From the NCBI GenBank assembly GCA_964372435.1, contig CAYJRI010000001.1, forward strand, positions 8,813 to 33,150: a DNA stretch of 24,338 nt, written 5' to 3'. Shown piece by piece: positions 1-8,108 of the stretch (position 1 is the first letter of the stretch; the number at the start of each line of letters is the position of its first letter). Source of the stretch: Candidatus Woesearchaeota archaeon. GTDB lineage: Archaea > Nanobdellota > Nanobdellia > Pacearchaeales > GW2011-AR1. Below the pieces are notes generated by a model. That model was not told where the DNA came from. It saw only the letters and a list, made by a program, of their open reading frames with translations, and made no database searches. Both the position numbers and the translations under genes were made by a program.

Positions 1-37
1 GTTTAAATCCAAACTGTTGAATGATTCTTTTTCCCAT
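1..37 (-). other. Start of an rpl2-like ORF (MGKRIIQQ) that diverges after codon 8 and runs off the window edge
   Basis: ATG 1 nt after the rpl23 stop, translating MGKRIIQQFGFK. The first 8 residues match the archaeal uL2 N-terminus at the syntenic position; the expected basic R/A-R-G-x-G continuation is absent. Confidence 0.55.
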
Positions 38-38
38 A

Positions 39-278
39 TTACATGACCCCCAATTTCGTCGCAAGATCAAGTGCCTTGCCCTTCTTTAAAGTGAGGTATG
101 CATATTTTTGGTTATTGCGAATAAACGTTTTGATAGATGAGACTTGAACATCAAAAAGTTTCTCAAATGCTGCTCGAATTTCCTTCTTCGAGTACTTTCT
201 ATCAACTGCTAAAAGCAGCTTATTTTCTCGTTCAATAAATTTCAATGCTTTTTCTGTAGCAACATATCTAAAATTCAT
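39..278 (-). CDS. rpl23: 50S ribosomal protein L23 (uL23)
   Basis: TEKA...IE.ENKL...V, KYAYLTL and ATKLG motifs; follows rpl4. Confidence 0.95.
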   Translation of the reverse strand: MNFRYVATEKALKFIERENKLLLAVDRKYSKKEIRAAFEKLFDVQVSSIKTFIRNNQKYAYLTLKKGKALDLATKLGVM

Positions 279-1066
279 TTGCCAAACCTCCTTGCCAGAT
301 CCTGAATTGCAGCCTCAGTGTAGAGTGTCAATCTTCCAAGAGACCCCTGAGCGAAATCAGAAATTTTCACCGATGATGCTTTCCGGACATCAATCTGATG
401 GAATGCAACACGCTCTTGATCTCCAATAACCATCAACAATCCAGCATTTTCCTTATACCTTCTGCCCCGCAGTTTTCCTTTTCCCGCACGAATACTCTTT
501 TCCTTCAACGCGCGTGTATAAAAGACTCCTAAAATTTTCTCAAGAGCTTTTTTGAATTCTCTATGCTTTATGCCAGCAATTTTGCCCTCAACAACAAGAG
601 GCAGCTTCACTTGAGGGGGAACAGACCCATATCTCTTCTTGAGATAATCGAGCTGTGCAGTTGCATTCATCGCACTTCTCAAGGCAAGTTTCATTTCTTT
701 CTTATTCACCTTTTTCTTCCTCAAGAAAGCCAGAATTTTTGGAGGATGTGCCCTCCTTCCCTTCCGCGCAGAAGCAATTTCAGCACCAATCCAATAAAAT
801 TGATCCCCTCTCCTCCACATGACCTTTCGTGGCACCCTTGATATTCCCTTCCCATAAGCAGTTTTCCATTTTCTCCTCGAATGCCGAATATTTCCAGAAG
901 CAGATGCCTGCTTTCCAGCCCTCAAAAAAGGAGCATAGGGTTGTTTTTCCTTGAGAATCTCAACCACTCTCTGTACGATATCTTCTCTCACTTCAGAAGA
1001 AAAACAAGACGGCAACTCAATCTCTTTCACTTTCTTTCCCTCAAGGTCGAGAACATCTGCTTTCAT
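275..1066 (-). CDS. rpl4: 50S ribosomal protein L4 (uL4), archaeal type
   Basis: G.G.SRVPR, GRRAHPPK and GRLTLYTE motifs; ATGA overlap with rpl23. Confidence 0.96.
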   Translation of the reverse strand: MKADVLDLEGKKVKEIELPSCFSSEVREDIVQRVVEILKEKQPYAPFLRAGKQASASGNIRHSRRKWKTAYGKGISRVPRKVMWRRGDQFYWIGAEIASARKGRRAHPPKILAFLRKKKVNKKEMKLALRSAMNATAQLDYLKKRYGSVPPQVKLPLVVEGKIAGIKHREFKKALEKILGVFYTRALKEKSIRAGKGKLRGRRYKENAGLLMVIGDQERVAFHQIDVRKASSVKISDFAQGSLGRLTLYTEAAIQDLARRFGK

Positions 1067-2040
1067 CGTAACTCCAAAAATTCAAAATTTTTTTTCTTTG
1101 CTTTTTTTGTAGGCCGTAAAGGCCAAGTAAGAAGCAAAGCTCGTTTGTGTGGGCCTTGTAAACTTCCTCGTAAAATAAGATAATCTGTCCGGAGATTTCC
1201 ATAGTGGGGGAAGCCCCCAGGTGGAGTGATGTCTTTTTCATGCGCATTTGCAAGAGCAAGAATTTTTTGATTATAGGTGATTCTTGCAAACATGCCAAGT
1301 TGACCAGCTTGAGCCACACGAAAGGTTACACGCGCAGGATGCCAAGGCCCTAAGGAACCAGGACGTCTTACTCCTTTTTCACTTTTATGGCCTTTCAATC
1401 CAAGGCCAAAGCGCTGGACAGGTCCTGCAAGTCCCTTCCCTTTTGTCAGCCCACGAGCATCAACAAGCATCCCAGGAGCAAATACATCTTTGATAGAGAG
1501 CTCCTTGTTCCAATATTCCTGCACAAAATTGAATTTATTTTTCAAATCCCCTGCAAGGGCAATTTCTGCAATGTCTGGAGTCTTTTTCACAGCAGTAGCT
1601 TTAACAACAGAATATACCAGAACACGTAGATCATCATACGCCTCTAAAGAAATATGCTCAAGAGAAGAGATCTTGCCTGGTAATTTTACTTTTTTCTTCA
1701 ATTCTTTATCACCCTGATTCATAAAAGAGGCCACCACTTTTTTATCTTTATAAAAGCGAACAGCCAGGATCTTAAGAGGAGGGCATTCGAGAATCGTAAC
1801 AGGCACAATAATTTTTTTATCCTTCGTTAAAGAGTGTGGTGTAACATCTTTCACAAAAGCACTTTTCATCCCAACTTTATAACCCAAGAATCCAAGGAGA
1901 TGTTGAGCCTGTCCCTGAAGAGAAGGATGAGACTTGGAGAAGAAAATAGCATTCCAGTTCACACTAGGAATTGATTTCTTTGCCCTTTTCCTCGGCCAAA
2001 ATTGAAGCGACCCGCTTCGGGGAAAGCTTGCCTTTGCCAT
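1063..2040 (-). CDS. rpl3: 50S ribosomal protein L3 (uL3), archaeal type
   Basis: PRSGSLQFWPRKRA, GYKVGM, TKGKG..GPVQRFG, GSLGPWHP and AGQLG motifs. Confidence 0.97.
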   Translation of the reverse strand: MAKASFPRSGSLQFWPRKRAKKSIPSVNWNAIFFSKSHPSLQGQAQHLLGFLGYKVGMKSAFVKDVTPHSLTKDKKIIVPVTILECPPLKILAVRFYKDKKVVASFMNQGDKELKKKVKLPGKISSLEHISLEAYDDLRVLVYSVVKATAVKKTPDIAEIALAGDLKNKFNFVQEYWNKELSIKDVFAPGMLVDARGLTKGKGLAGPVQRFGLGLKGHKSEKGVRRPGSLGPWHPARVTFRVAQAGQLGMFARITYNQKILALANAHEKDITPPGGFPHYGNLRTDYLILRGSLQGPHKRALLLTWPLRPTKKAKKKNFEFLELR

Positions 2041-2165
2041 ACGTTAATCTGGAATGAGATGTTTATCATTTTATCACGATAAATCCAGGTAATGAAACTG
2101 GTTTTACCGATCTCAGAATACTTCTGATCAGCAGATGCTACACTCTAGAAAGGGCAATTTATAAA
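2041..2165 (-). promoter_or_regulatory. rpl3 operon promoter (TTTATA at 2165-2160) and ~95-nt hairpin-rich 5' leader
   Basis: gaaaagcTTTATAAA BRE/TATA. Stems TCAGAA/TTCTGA (2113-2127), GGTAA/TTACC (2088-2108), TTTATC/GATAAA (2070-2083) and CTGGA/TCCAG (2049-2088). Confidence 0.55.
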
Positions 2166-2249
2166 GCTTTTCCTCTTTATCATTACCCTTCATCAAAAAA
2201 CAACAAAGAATTCCTCTAAACTTGATTCTTGATCTTCCTAAACAACTTT

Positions 2250-2471
2250 TTATCTCTTCTTCTTTTTTCTTTTCACCAGAATCTTCTTTACCCCTTTACC
2301 CCCAGAAGCTCTTTTCAAAAAGAAGGCTATGACGAGGAAAACTAATCCAAGAATGAATAATGTGGAAGTCGCATCATAATCAGCCGAAACTTTAGGAATG
2401 AACCCGACAATACTCAGCAAGACCAACACAATCCCAAGAATACCCAAGACAAGCGAAACTTTCCTCATCAT
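2250..2471 (-). CDS. Small 2-TM membrane protein with basic C-terminal tail
   Basis: 73 aa, two hydrophobic segments, KRKKKKR tail; ATGA-coupled to the upstream ORF. Confidence 0.65.
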   Translation of the reverse strand: MMRKVSLVLGILGIVLVLLSIVGFIPKVSADYDATSTLFILGLVFLVIAFFLKRASGGKGVKKILVKRKKKKR

Positions 2472-2680
2472 CTCTTCCTCCTTAATCGTGTATTCTTGCT
2501 GTTCACAACAAGAACACCCCCAATCATAATCAACATAATCCCCAGAATAATTAAAGCCATCTGCGTATCCGAAACAAAACTATTAAAAGCAAGAGTATAA
2601 ACAATAAAGAGCAAGGTAAAAACCCCTGCAAAAACAAGAAGATTAATACCCAACAACCTTGTATTCACATGTTTTTTCAT
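2468..2680 (-). CDS. Small 2-TM membrane protein with basic C-terminal tail
   Basis: Start re-called to the ATG at 2680 (MKKHVN) after an AGAGGGG SD-like motif; two hydrophobic segments. Confidence 0.65.
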   Translation of the reverse strand: MKKHVNTRLLGINLLVFAGVFTLLFIVYTLAFNSFVSDTQMALIILGIMLIMIGGVLVVNSKNTRLRRKR

Positions 2681-2772
2681 TTCCCCTCTTTGCACGAGAA
2701 TATACTGCTTGCAATATACAACAATCAAGTATTTATAAACCTTCCTCCTCTAATAAGAGAATCATTGTAAAA

Positions 2773-3255
2773 ATGAAAGCAACAAAGACCCAGAGTCCTC
2801 GATTACACACGCTTTTCACCATCATAATCATCTTTCTCCTCGTGTATGCAGGAGCATTCTTTGTCAGTCTCTTTAAAGGAGATGTATGGTATAAAAATCT
2901 CAAAAAACCTCTCTACACTCCACCAGATAAATATTTTTCCATCATTTGGATGGGAGTATTTTTCTTTCTTGCTCTCACCATCAGTCTCCTCTGGAAAGAA
3001 AAACATGAAAGACCGCATATCACTACTCTTTTTTCTACAAATATTCTCCTCTCACTCCTTTGGAGTATTTTTTTCTTTGGACTTCATCAGCCAACCTTGG
3101 CTTTCTTTGAACTCCTCCTTCTCGTCCTTGCCTCACTAGGGACATTAGTCTATGCCTACAAGATCAGAAAACTAGCCTCCTTGTTTTTCATCCCTTTTCT
3201 CCTCTGGATTCTTTTCATCACCTACTTTAATTTTCAGATCGCATTCATTCTATAG
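2773..3255 (+). CDS. tspO: TspO/MBR family tryptophan-rich sensory protein
   Basis: WYKNLKKPLYTPP..F..IW, N..LS.LWS..FFG and PFLLWI.F motifs; start re-called to 2773. Confidence 0.9.
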   Translation: MKATKTQSPRLHTLFTIIIIFLLVYAGAFFVSLFKGDVWYKNLKKPLYTPPDKYFSIIWMGVFFFLALTISLLWKEKHERPHITTLFSTNILLSLLWSIFFFGLHQPTLAFFELLLLVLASLGTLVYAYKIRKLASLFFIPFLLWILFITYFNFQIAFIL

Positions 3256-3316
3256 TTCTCATTTTATAGTGATGAAGGATACAAATATTTATAAAAAGCA
3301 ATCTGCTCATACGAGT

Positions 3317-3739
3317 ATGTCCATAGAAGAAAAAGCACCAACAATTGAAGGCATCTTTGAAGTACGAAGAGATAGGGTAATCGGAAAAAACTCCGGCGGT
3401 TCTTGGACAAGGGAATTACAGTTAGCTGAGGGAGTGATCAAAGGAATAGCGGAGAGCAAAATAGAGTACGACTCAGCAAATCCTCCTTATCATAAAGGAA
3501 AGAAAAAAGAAGGAGTTCATATAACATTAGAAAATGCATTGGGAACTGCTACAGTGGAATTTCCAAGAAGATTAATTGGTGAAAGGCTTCTCATGGGTCA
3601 AAGAGCAAGATATGTCAAATTTCATGAATTATACGAAGAGTGTGGTTCTGGTTGCGCGGGCTATACCCACAAATATACTCTCCACATACTAACAGGGCCT
3701 TTAGCAGGAGAGGAAATCAAGGAAGAAATAAGATCCTAG
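3317..3739 (+). CDS. Hypothetical protein
   Basis: Open frame; TTTATAAAA ~29 nt upstream of the ATG at 3317; no recognisable family. Confidence 0.6.
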   Translation: MSIEEKAPTIEGIFEVRRDRVIGKNSGGSWTRELQLAEGVIKGIAESKIEYDSANPPYHKGKKKEGVHITLENALGTATVEFPRRLIGERLLMGQRARYVKFHELYEECGSGCAGYTHKYTLHILTGPLAGEEIKEEIRS

Positions 3740-4392
3740 ACCTCAAAACTCCTCTCCTCTTGAGAGATTTTACCGTCCACCTCAGTCTTCCTGACAATTT
3801 TCCCCTTCCTCTTTGCATGCAAACGGAGGAGCTCAGGATCTTTCTCTCCTTGAGGAAAAATAATATCCGTAATATGGTATTCATGGCTCACTTTGATTTT
3901 CTTTCCATCAACATCCCACAGAAACCAATCCCTTACCTTCCCTTCATGCTCCAATCCAATTTCAAGAACGCAAAATTTATCATCAATCTTCGCCTCACGA
4001 GATTTTCCTGGTTTTGGCAACTTCTTCTTCATTTTCAAAAGAACATCTCCCTCTCCATCAAGAAGTAGGGCATATGTCTTGCCTGCAATCTCCCGAACAG
4101 CATCTTCATTTCCAGAAAAATGATATTCAAACAATCCAGCTTTCTTCTTTCCTTGCAATCCCTCAAGAGGCTCCTTGCTTAACACAATCCCTGTAAAATG
4201 CGCCCCCAACTCAGCTGCAAAAAGAACAAAATCATAGGCATACTCAGAACTTCCTGAAAGCTTAATCTTGTTGCCCTTCGTAAAATTCAAGGCTGCCCTA
4301 CCAGAAAAAATACCTTTCCCAAATCGCACGAATTGGCTATGCGCATGCTCATCTTTTTCTCCAAAAAAAATCTTCTTGATGAAAGACGCCAT
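3736..4392 (-). CDS. Hypothetical soluble protein
   Basis: ~218-aa ORF with protein-like composition; first ATG at 4392 (the ORF-track start is TTG); TATA at 4427-4420. Confidence 0.7.
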   Translation of the reverse strand: MASFIKKIFFGEKDEHAHSQFVRFGKGIFSGRAALNFTKGNKIKLSGSSEYAYDFVLFAAELGAHFTGIVLSKEPLEGLQGKKKAGLFEYHFSGNEDAVREIAGKTYALLLDGEGDVLLKMKKKLPKPGKSREAKIDDKFCVLEIGLEHEGKVRDWFLWDVDGKKIKVSHEYHITDIIFPQGEKDPELLRLHAKRKGKIVRKTEVDGKISQEERSFEV

Positions 4393-4448
4393 TTTCTTAA
4401 ACAAGGGCAGAGAAGAACATTTATAAACTTTTAGCTCTTATGGGGGGA

Positions 4449-5468
4449 ATGGTTGATGAAAAAGATATCAAAAAATTTTCAGTTATTTTTCTTGCACTTT
4501 TTTTAGTGATCCTCAGTTTTATCATTATCCATCCAATTATTCTTGCGATTATTGCAGGGCTCCTGCTCGCATATATCTTCCATCCTGTCTACAAAGCACT
4601 CCTCAAGGTTTTCAGAGAAAGAAACACAACAGCATTTATCATGTGTATTCTTATCCTCACCCTGATCTTTCTACCCCTTTGGTTTCTCGTTCCCGCAATT
4701 GTAAAACAGGTATTTGACTTCTACTCCTACACGCAAACAGCAAATCTCGCGGGCAAGATTAGGGAAGCCTTTCCATCGCTTTTCGCATCAGAAACCTTCT
4801 CCAGAGAATTTGGCACTGCTTTTAACAATCTCATCAGTAAGGCAGCAAATGTGATTTTGACAGGCTTTTCCAACCTTCTCGTAAATGTCCCTGTCATCCT
4901 CATACAGACCGTGGTCGTTTTATTCATCTTTTTCTTCACCCTAAGAGATGCTGAGAAACTAGGCTCCTACGTAAAGAGTCTTTCTCCTCTGAACAAAGAT
5001 TTGGAAGAAAATCTCGCAAAACAATTCCGAGACATCACTTTTGGCGTTATCTACGGTCAAATTATTGTAGGAGTCATTCAGGGAGCTTTAACAGGCATTG
5101 GCCTTGTTATTTTTGAAGTCCCCAATGTTCTTCTTTTGACAATCATAGCAATGTTTCTTGCTATCATTCCTTTTATTGGAGCCTGGCTTGTGTGGCTTCC
5201 AGCAGCAATCCTCCTGGTCACTTCAGGAAATGTGACGCAAGGAGTTGGTCTTCTTATCTATGGAGCTATCTTTGTTTCATGGATTGACAATATTATCCGT
5301 CCATACGTCATTTCAAGAAGAGCAAAAATCCACTCCGTTGTCGTCTTTGCAGGAATGATCGGAGGCCTCATTATCTTTGGAGTCCTAGGAATCTTTCTCG
5401 GCCCATTAATTCTTTCATATCTCCTGATTCTTGTAGATCTCTACAAGCAGAAGAAGTTGTTCGCATGA
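4449..5468 (+). CDS. AI-2E family (PerM/YhhT-like) transporter
   Basis: Multi-TM; LAYIFHP, Q..VG.IQG.L.GIG, IPFIG, DN.IRP and G..GIFLGP motifs; ATG at 4449 is 29 nt after TTTATA. Confidence 0.92.
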   Translation: MVDEKDIKKFSVIFLALFLVILSFIIIHPIILAIIAGLLLAYIFHPVYKALLKVFRERNTTAFIMCILILTLIFLPLWFLVPAIVKQVFDFYSYTQTANLAGKIREAFPSLFASETFSREFGTAFNNLISKAANVILTGFSNLLVNVPVILIQTVVVLFIFFFTLRDAEKLGSYVKSLSPLNKDLEENLAKQFRDITFGVIYGQIIVGVIQGALTGIGLVIFEVPNVLLLTIIAMFLAIIPFIGAWLVWLPAAILLVTSGNVTQGVGLLIYGAIFVSWIDNIIRPYVISRRAKIHSVVVFAGMIGGLIIFGVLGIFLGPLILSYLLILVDLYKQKKLFA

Positions 5469-5776
5469 TGATGTTTGTCAAATTATACAAGTATAAAATT
5501 AAGAAAAAAGATCTTCAAAAACTCAAGCGTATACACAAAGCTGCTCAAAAAATCTACAAAAGACATGGAGCCAAGCACTCATGGACGGTTCTCTTGAGAA
5601 GAGAAAAAGGACTGATCAATGTCCTTGAGCTTAATATCTATACCTCAAAGAAGCACTTTCTCTCTGTTAAAAATAAAGTTGATCAAGACAAATCCATTCA
5701 TCCTCTCTTTGAAGCATTTCTTAATATCCTTCATAAGAAAAGATATTATGAGGAAGAGTGGAAAACCTATAACTGA
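5465..5776 (+). CDS. Small dimeric alpha/beta-barrel protein, DUF1428-like
   Basis: Y...I.K.......HKAA..IY..HGA and Y.SK.H....K.KV..D pattern resembles DUF1428; ATGA-coupled to the permease. Confidence 0.5.
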   Translation: MMMFVKLYKYKIKKKDLQKLKRIHKAAQKIYKRHGAKHSWTVLLRREKGLINVLELNIYTSKKHFLSVKNKVDQDKSIHPLFEAFLNILHKKRYYEEEWKTYN

Positions 5777-5826
5777 TAAAAACCTATATAAACTCCCACC
5801 TCCTTGAGAAAGAAAAGAGTGAGAAG

Positions 5827-7302
5827 ATGCAATTCCGTCTGAAATCAATGACTTTAAGTGCTGGACGTCCTGTCGTTATTCTGAGCCAGACACTTGCAGA
5901 GCAGCTTGATATCCATACTGATGAAAGAGTGATTATCAAAAAAAATGCGCACAAAACCATCGCAGTCGTCGACATCACAAAATCCCTGCTTTCAGGAGGA
6001 GAAATTGCAGCATCCTCAGAAGTCCTTGCAGCTCTGAATGCAAAAGAAAATGATAGTGTAGAAATTTTTCCAGCCCCAAAACCAGAATCCCTTTCCTACA
6101 TCAACAAAAAATTGAATGCCAAAACCCTCTCTAGAGAAGAGATCTCAACCATTATCAGTGATATTGTTGAGAATGCATTAACCGAGGCAGAGATCGCGTA
6201 TTTTGTTTCAGCAGTCTACAAATGTGGGATGTCTCTCAAAGAAATCGCCTATATGACAGAAGCACTTGTCAAAACAGGAAAAACCCTTGGTCTCAAAAAG
6301 AAGAATATTGTAGACAAACACTCTATTGGAGGGGTTGCAGGAAATCGCACCACTCCTATTGTCGTTTCCATCTGCTCCTCTCTCGGATTGACGATGCCAA
6401 AAACCTCATCGCGCGCAATTACCTCTGCATCAGGAACTGCAGATACCATGGAAACGCTTTGCAAAGTGGATTTTTCTATTCCTGAACTCAGAAAAATTAT
6501 TGAGAAGGCTAATGCTTGCATGGTCTGGGGAGGCGCAATCGGCCTTGCCCCAGGTGATGATAAGCTCATCCAAGTTGAGCGGAGACTGAATCTCGATCCA
6601 GAACCACAGCTCCTCGCCAGCATCATGGCAAAAAAACTCGCAGTAGGAAGCAAGTACATTCTCATTGATATTCCTCACGGAAGAAGCGCGAAAGTAACCA
6701 GAGAAGAGGCAAAACATCTTGAGAAAAAATTTCTTGCCCTGTCAAAATACTTCCGCCTCAACCTGCAATGCACTCTCACTGATGGCTCACAGCCAATCGG
6801 AAACGGTATTGGCCCAACCTTAGAGATGAAGGACATCCTCACTGTCCTGAATCGTGGAGACTGGCAGGAAGTACCTGATCTTGAACAGCGCTCTCTGCAT
6901 TTAGCTGGCATACTTCTTGAAATGTGCGGGAAAGCAAAAAAACATCAGGGAAAAAGTTTGGCAAAAAAAATTCTTCACTCAGGAGAAGCCTACGGCCAGT
7001 TTAAGGCAATCATCAAAGCGCAGAAAGGTTCTATCAAGAAATTAAAAGAGGCAAAATATGTCCATCCCATTACTGCTGAAAAAAGCGGAAGAGTCCATGT
7101 CATTGATAACAGAAAAATAAATCAACTCGCAAGGATAGCAGGTTCACCCGTTGACAAATTAGCAGGGATATACCTCAACAAACATCTTCTGGAGAAGGTA
7201 GAAAAACGAGAAACACTTCTGAGCATTCATGCAGAATCAGAACAAAAACTCCAGGACGCCCTGAAATTCTACAAAATTCTAAAACCCTTTTTGATCATCT
7301 AA
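5827..7302 (+). CDS. ampp: AMP phosphorylase (archaeal NMP phosphorylase, thymidine phosphorylase family)
   Basis: DKHSIGGVAGNRTT, PKTSSRAITSASGTADTME, QP.GNGIGP.LE and AG.P.DK.AGI motifs; N-terminal double-psi-barrel-like extension. Confidence 0.95.
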   Translation: MQFRLKSMTLSAGRPVVILSQTLAEQLDIHTDERVIIKKNAHKTIAVVDITKSLLSGGEIAASSEVLAALNAKENDSVEIFPAPKPESLSYINKKLNAKTLSREEISTIISDIVENALTEAEIAYFVSAVYKCGMSLKEIAYMTEALVKTGKTLGLKKKNIVDKHSIGGVAGNRTTPIVVSICSSLGLTMPKTSSRAITSASGTADTMETLCKVDFSIPELRKIIEKANACMVWGGAIGLAPGDDKLIQVERRLNLDPEPQLLASIMAKKLAVGSKYILIDIPHGRSAKVTREEAKHLEKKFLALSKYFRLNLQCTLTDGSQPIGNGIGPTLEMKDILTVLNRGDWQEVPDLEQRSLHLAGILLEMCGKAKKHQGKSLAKKILHSGEAYGQFKAIIKAQKGSIKKLKEAKYVHPITAEKSGRVHVIDNRKINQLARIAGSPVDKLAGIYLNKHLLEKVEKRETLLSIHAESEQKLQDALKFYKILKPFLII

Positions 7303-7859
7303 TGCACAAGAAAAAGTTTTCAGGACTGAAGTATCCCAAGCTAACGGTCCTTGTGGTGTGCACTATCTTGGCCTACCTCCTCTTCGCCTCTCCGAGAGTA
7401 CGGTCAGGCATGCAATCTCTGGGAGAACTGAGTTACTGGGGGATGTTTATCGCTGGCATGCTTTTTTCCTTTGGATTTTCAACACCTTTCGCCGTAGGAT
7501 TTTTTGTTACGATACATCCATCAAATCTGTTCTTTGCATCAATCATTGGAGGATTTGGAGCACTTCTTTCAGATATCCTCATTTTTAAATGGATCAAATT
7601 TTCTTTCATGGACGAGTTTATGCAACTTAAGCATACTCTTGCAGCGAGGAGAATTAAAATTTTTTTGCATCGTCATGTTCATTTTAGAATCGGTAATTAT
7701 ATCCTCTATACACTCGGGGGCATTATTATCGCTTCGCCCATTCCTGACGAATTTGGCGTAAGTATGCTCGCAGGACTAAGCTCAATTAAACTTTCCAGAT
7801 TTGCACTCATCAGCTTTTTTTTGAACGCTCTAGGAATTTTTCTGATGTTACTATTATAG
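7302..7859 (+). CDS. DedA/VTT-like membrane protein
   Basis: Hydrophobic; IIASPIPDE.G motif; TAATG overlap with the ampp stop. Confidence 0.6.
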   Translation: MHKKKFSGLKYPKLTVLVVCTILAYLLFASPRVRSGMQSLGELSYWGMFIAGMLFSFGFSTPFAVGFFVTIHPSNLFFASIIGGFGALLSDILIFKWIKFSFMDEFMQLKHTLAARRIKIFLHRHVHFRIGNYILYTLGGIIIASPIPDEFGVSMLAGLSSIKLSRFALISFFLNALGIFLMLLL

Positions 7860-8108
7860 TAGAAGACCTTAATTGCAGGGTAGATACTCCAACTTGCCCA
7901 AGGATACATGCCCTTTATTTTCCTCCTAAAAACGAAAAAGAATATCTGCTGCTAAGGAGCTACCCAAGAGAAAAGAGGATTGTGAATTATTTCTTGTATT
8001 TTATGGGGCATTATTTATATCCTTTACTATAGTCCCGTGAAAACCCCCTCTTTGAATCTCTTTGCAACTGGGGGTAAACTATTTAAAAACAAGTACATAC
8101 CTTATTGA

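Noticed and set aside
5762-5788. AAAACCTATA direct repeat (17-nt period) at the DUF1428-like gene end
   Set aside because: Short, AT-rich and overlapping the ampp promoter; the period does not match the 51-61-nt class.
8029-8082. c-di-AMP (ydaO) riboswitch upstream of the K+ antiporter
   Set aside because: The conserved ydaO sequence blocks were not found, and the hairpin lies upstream of the gene's own TATA box.
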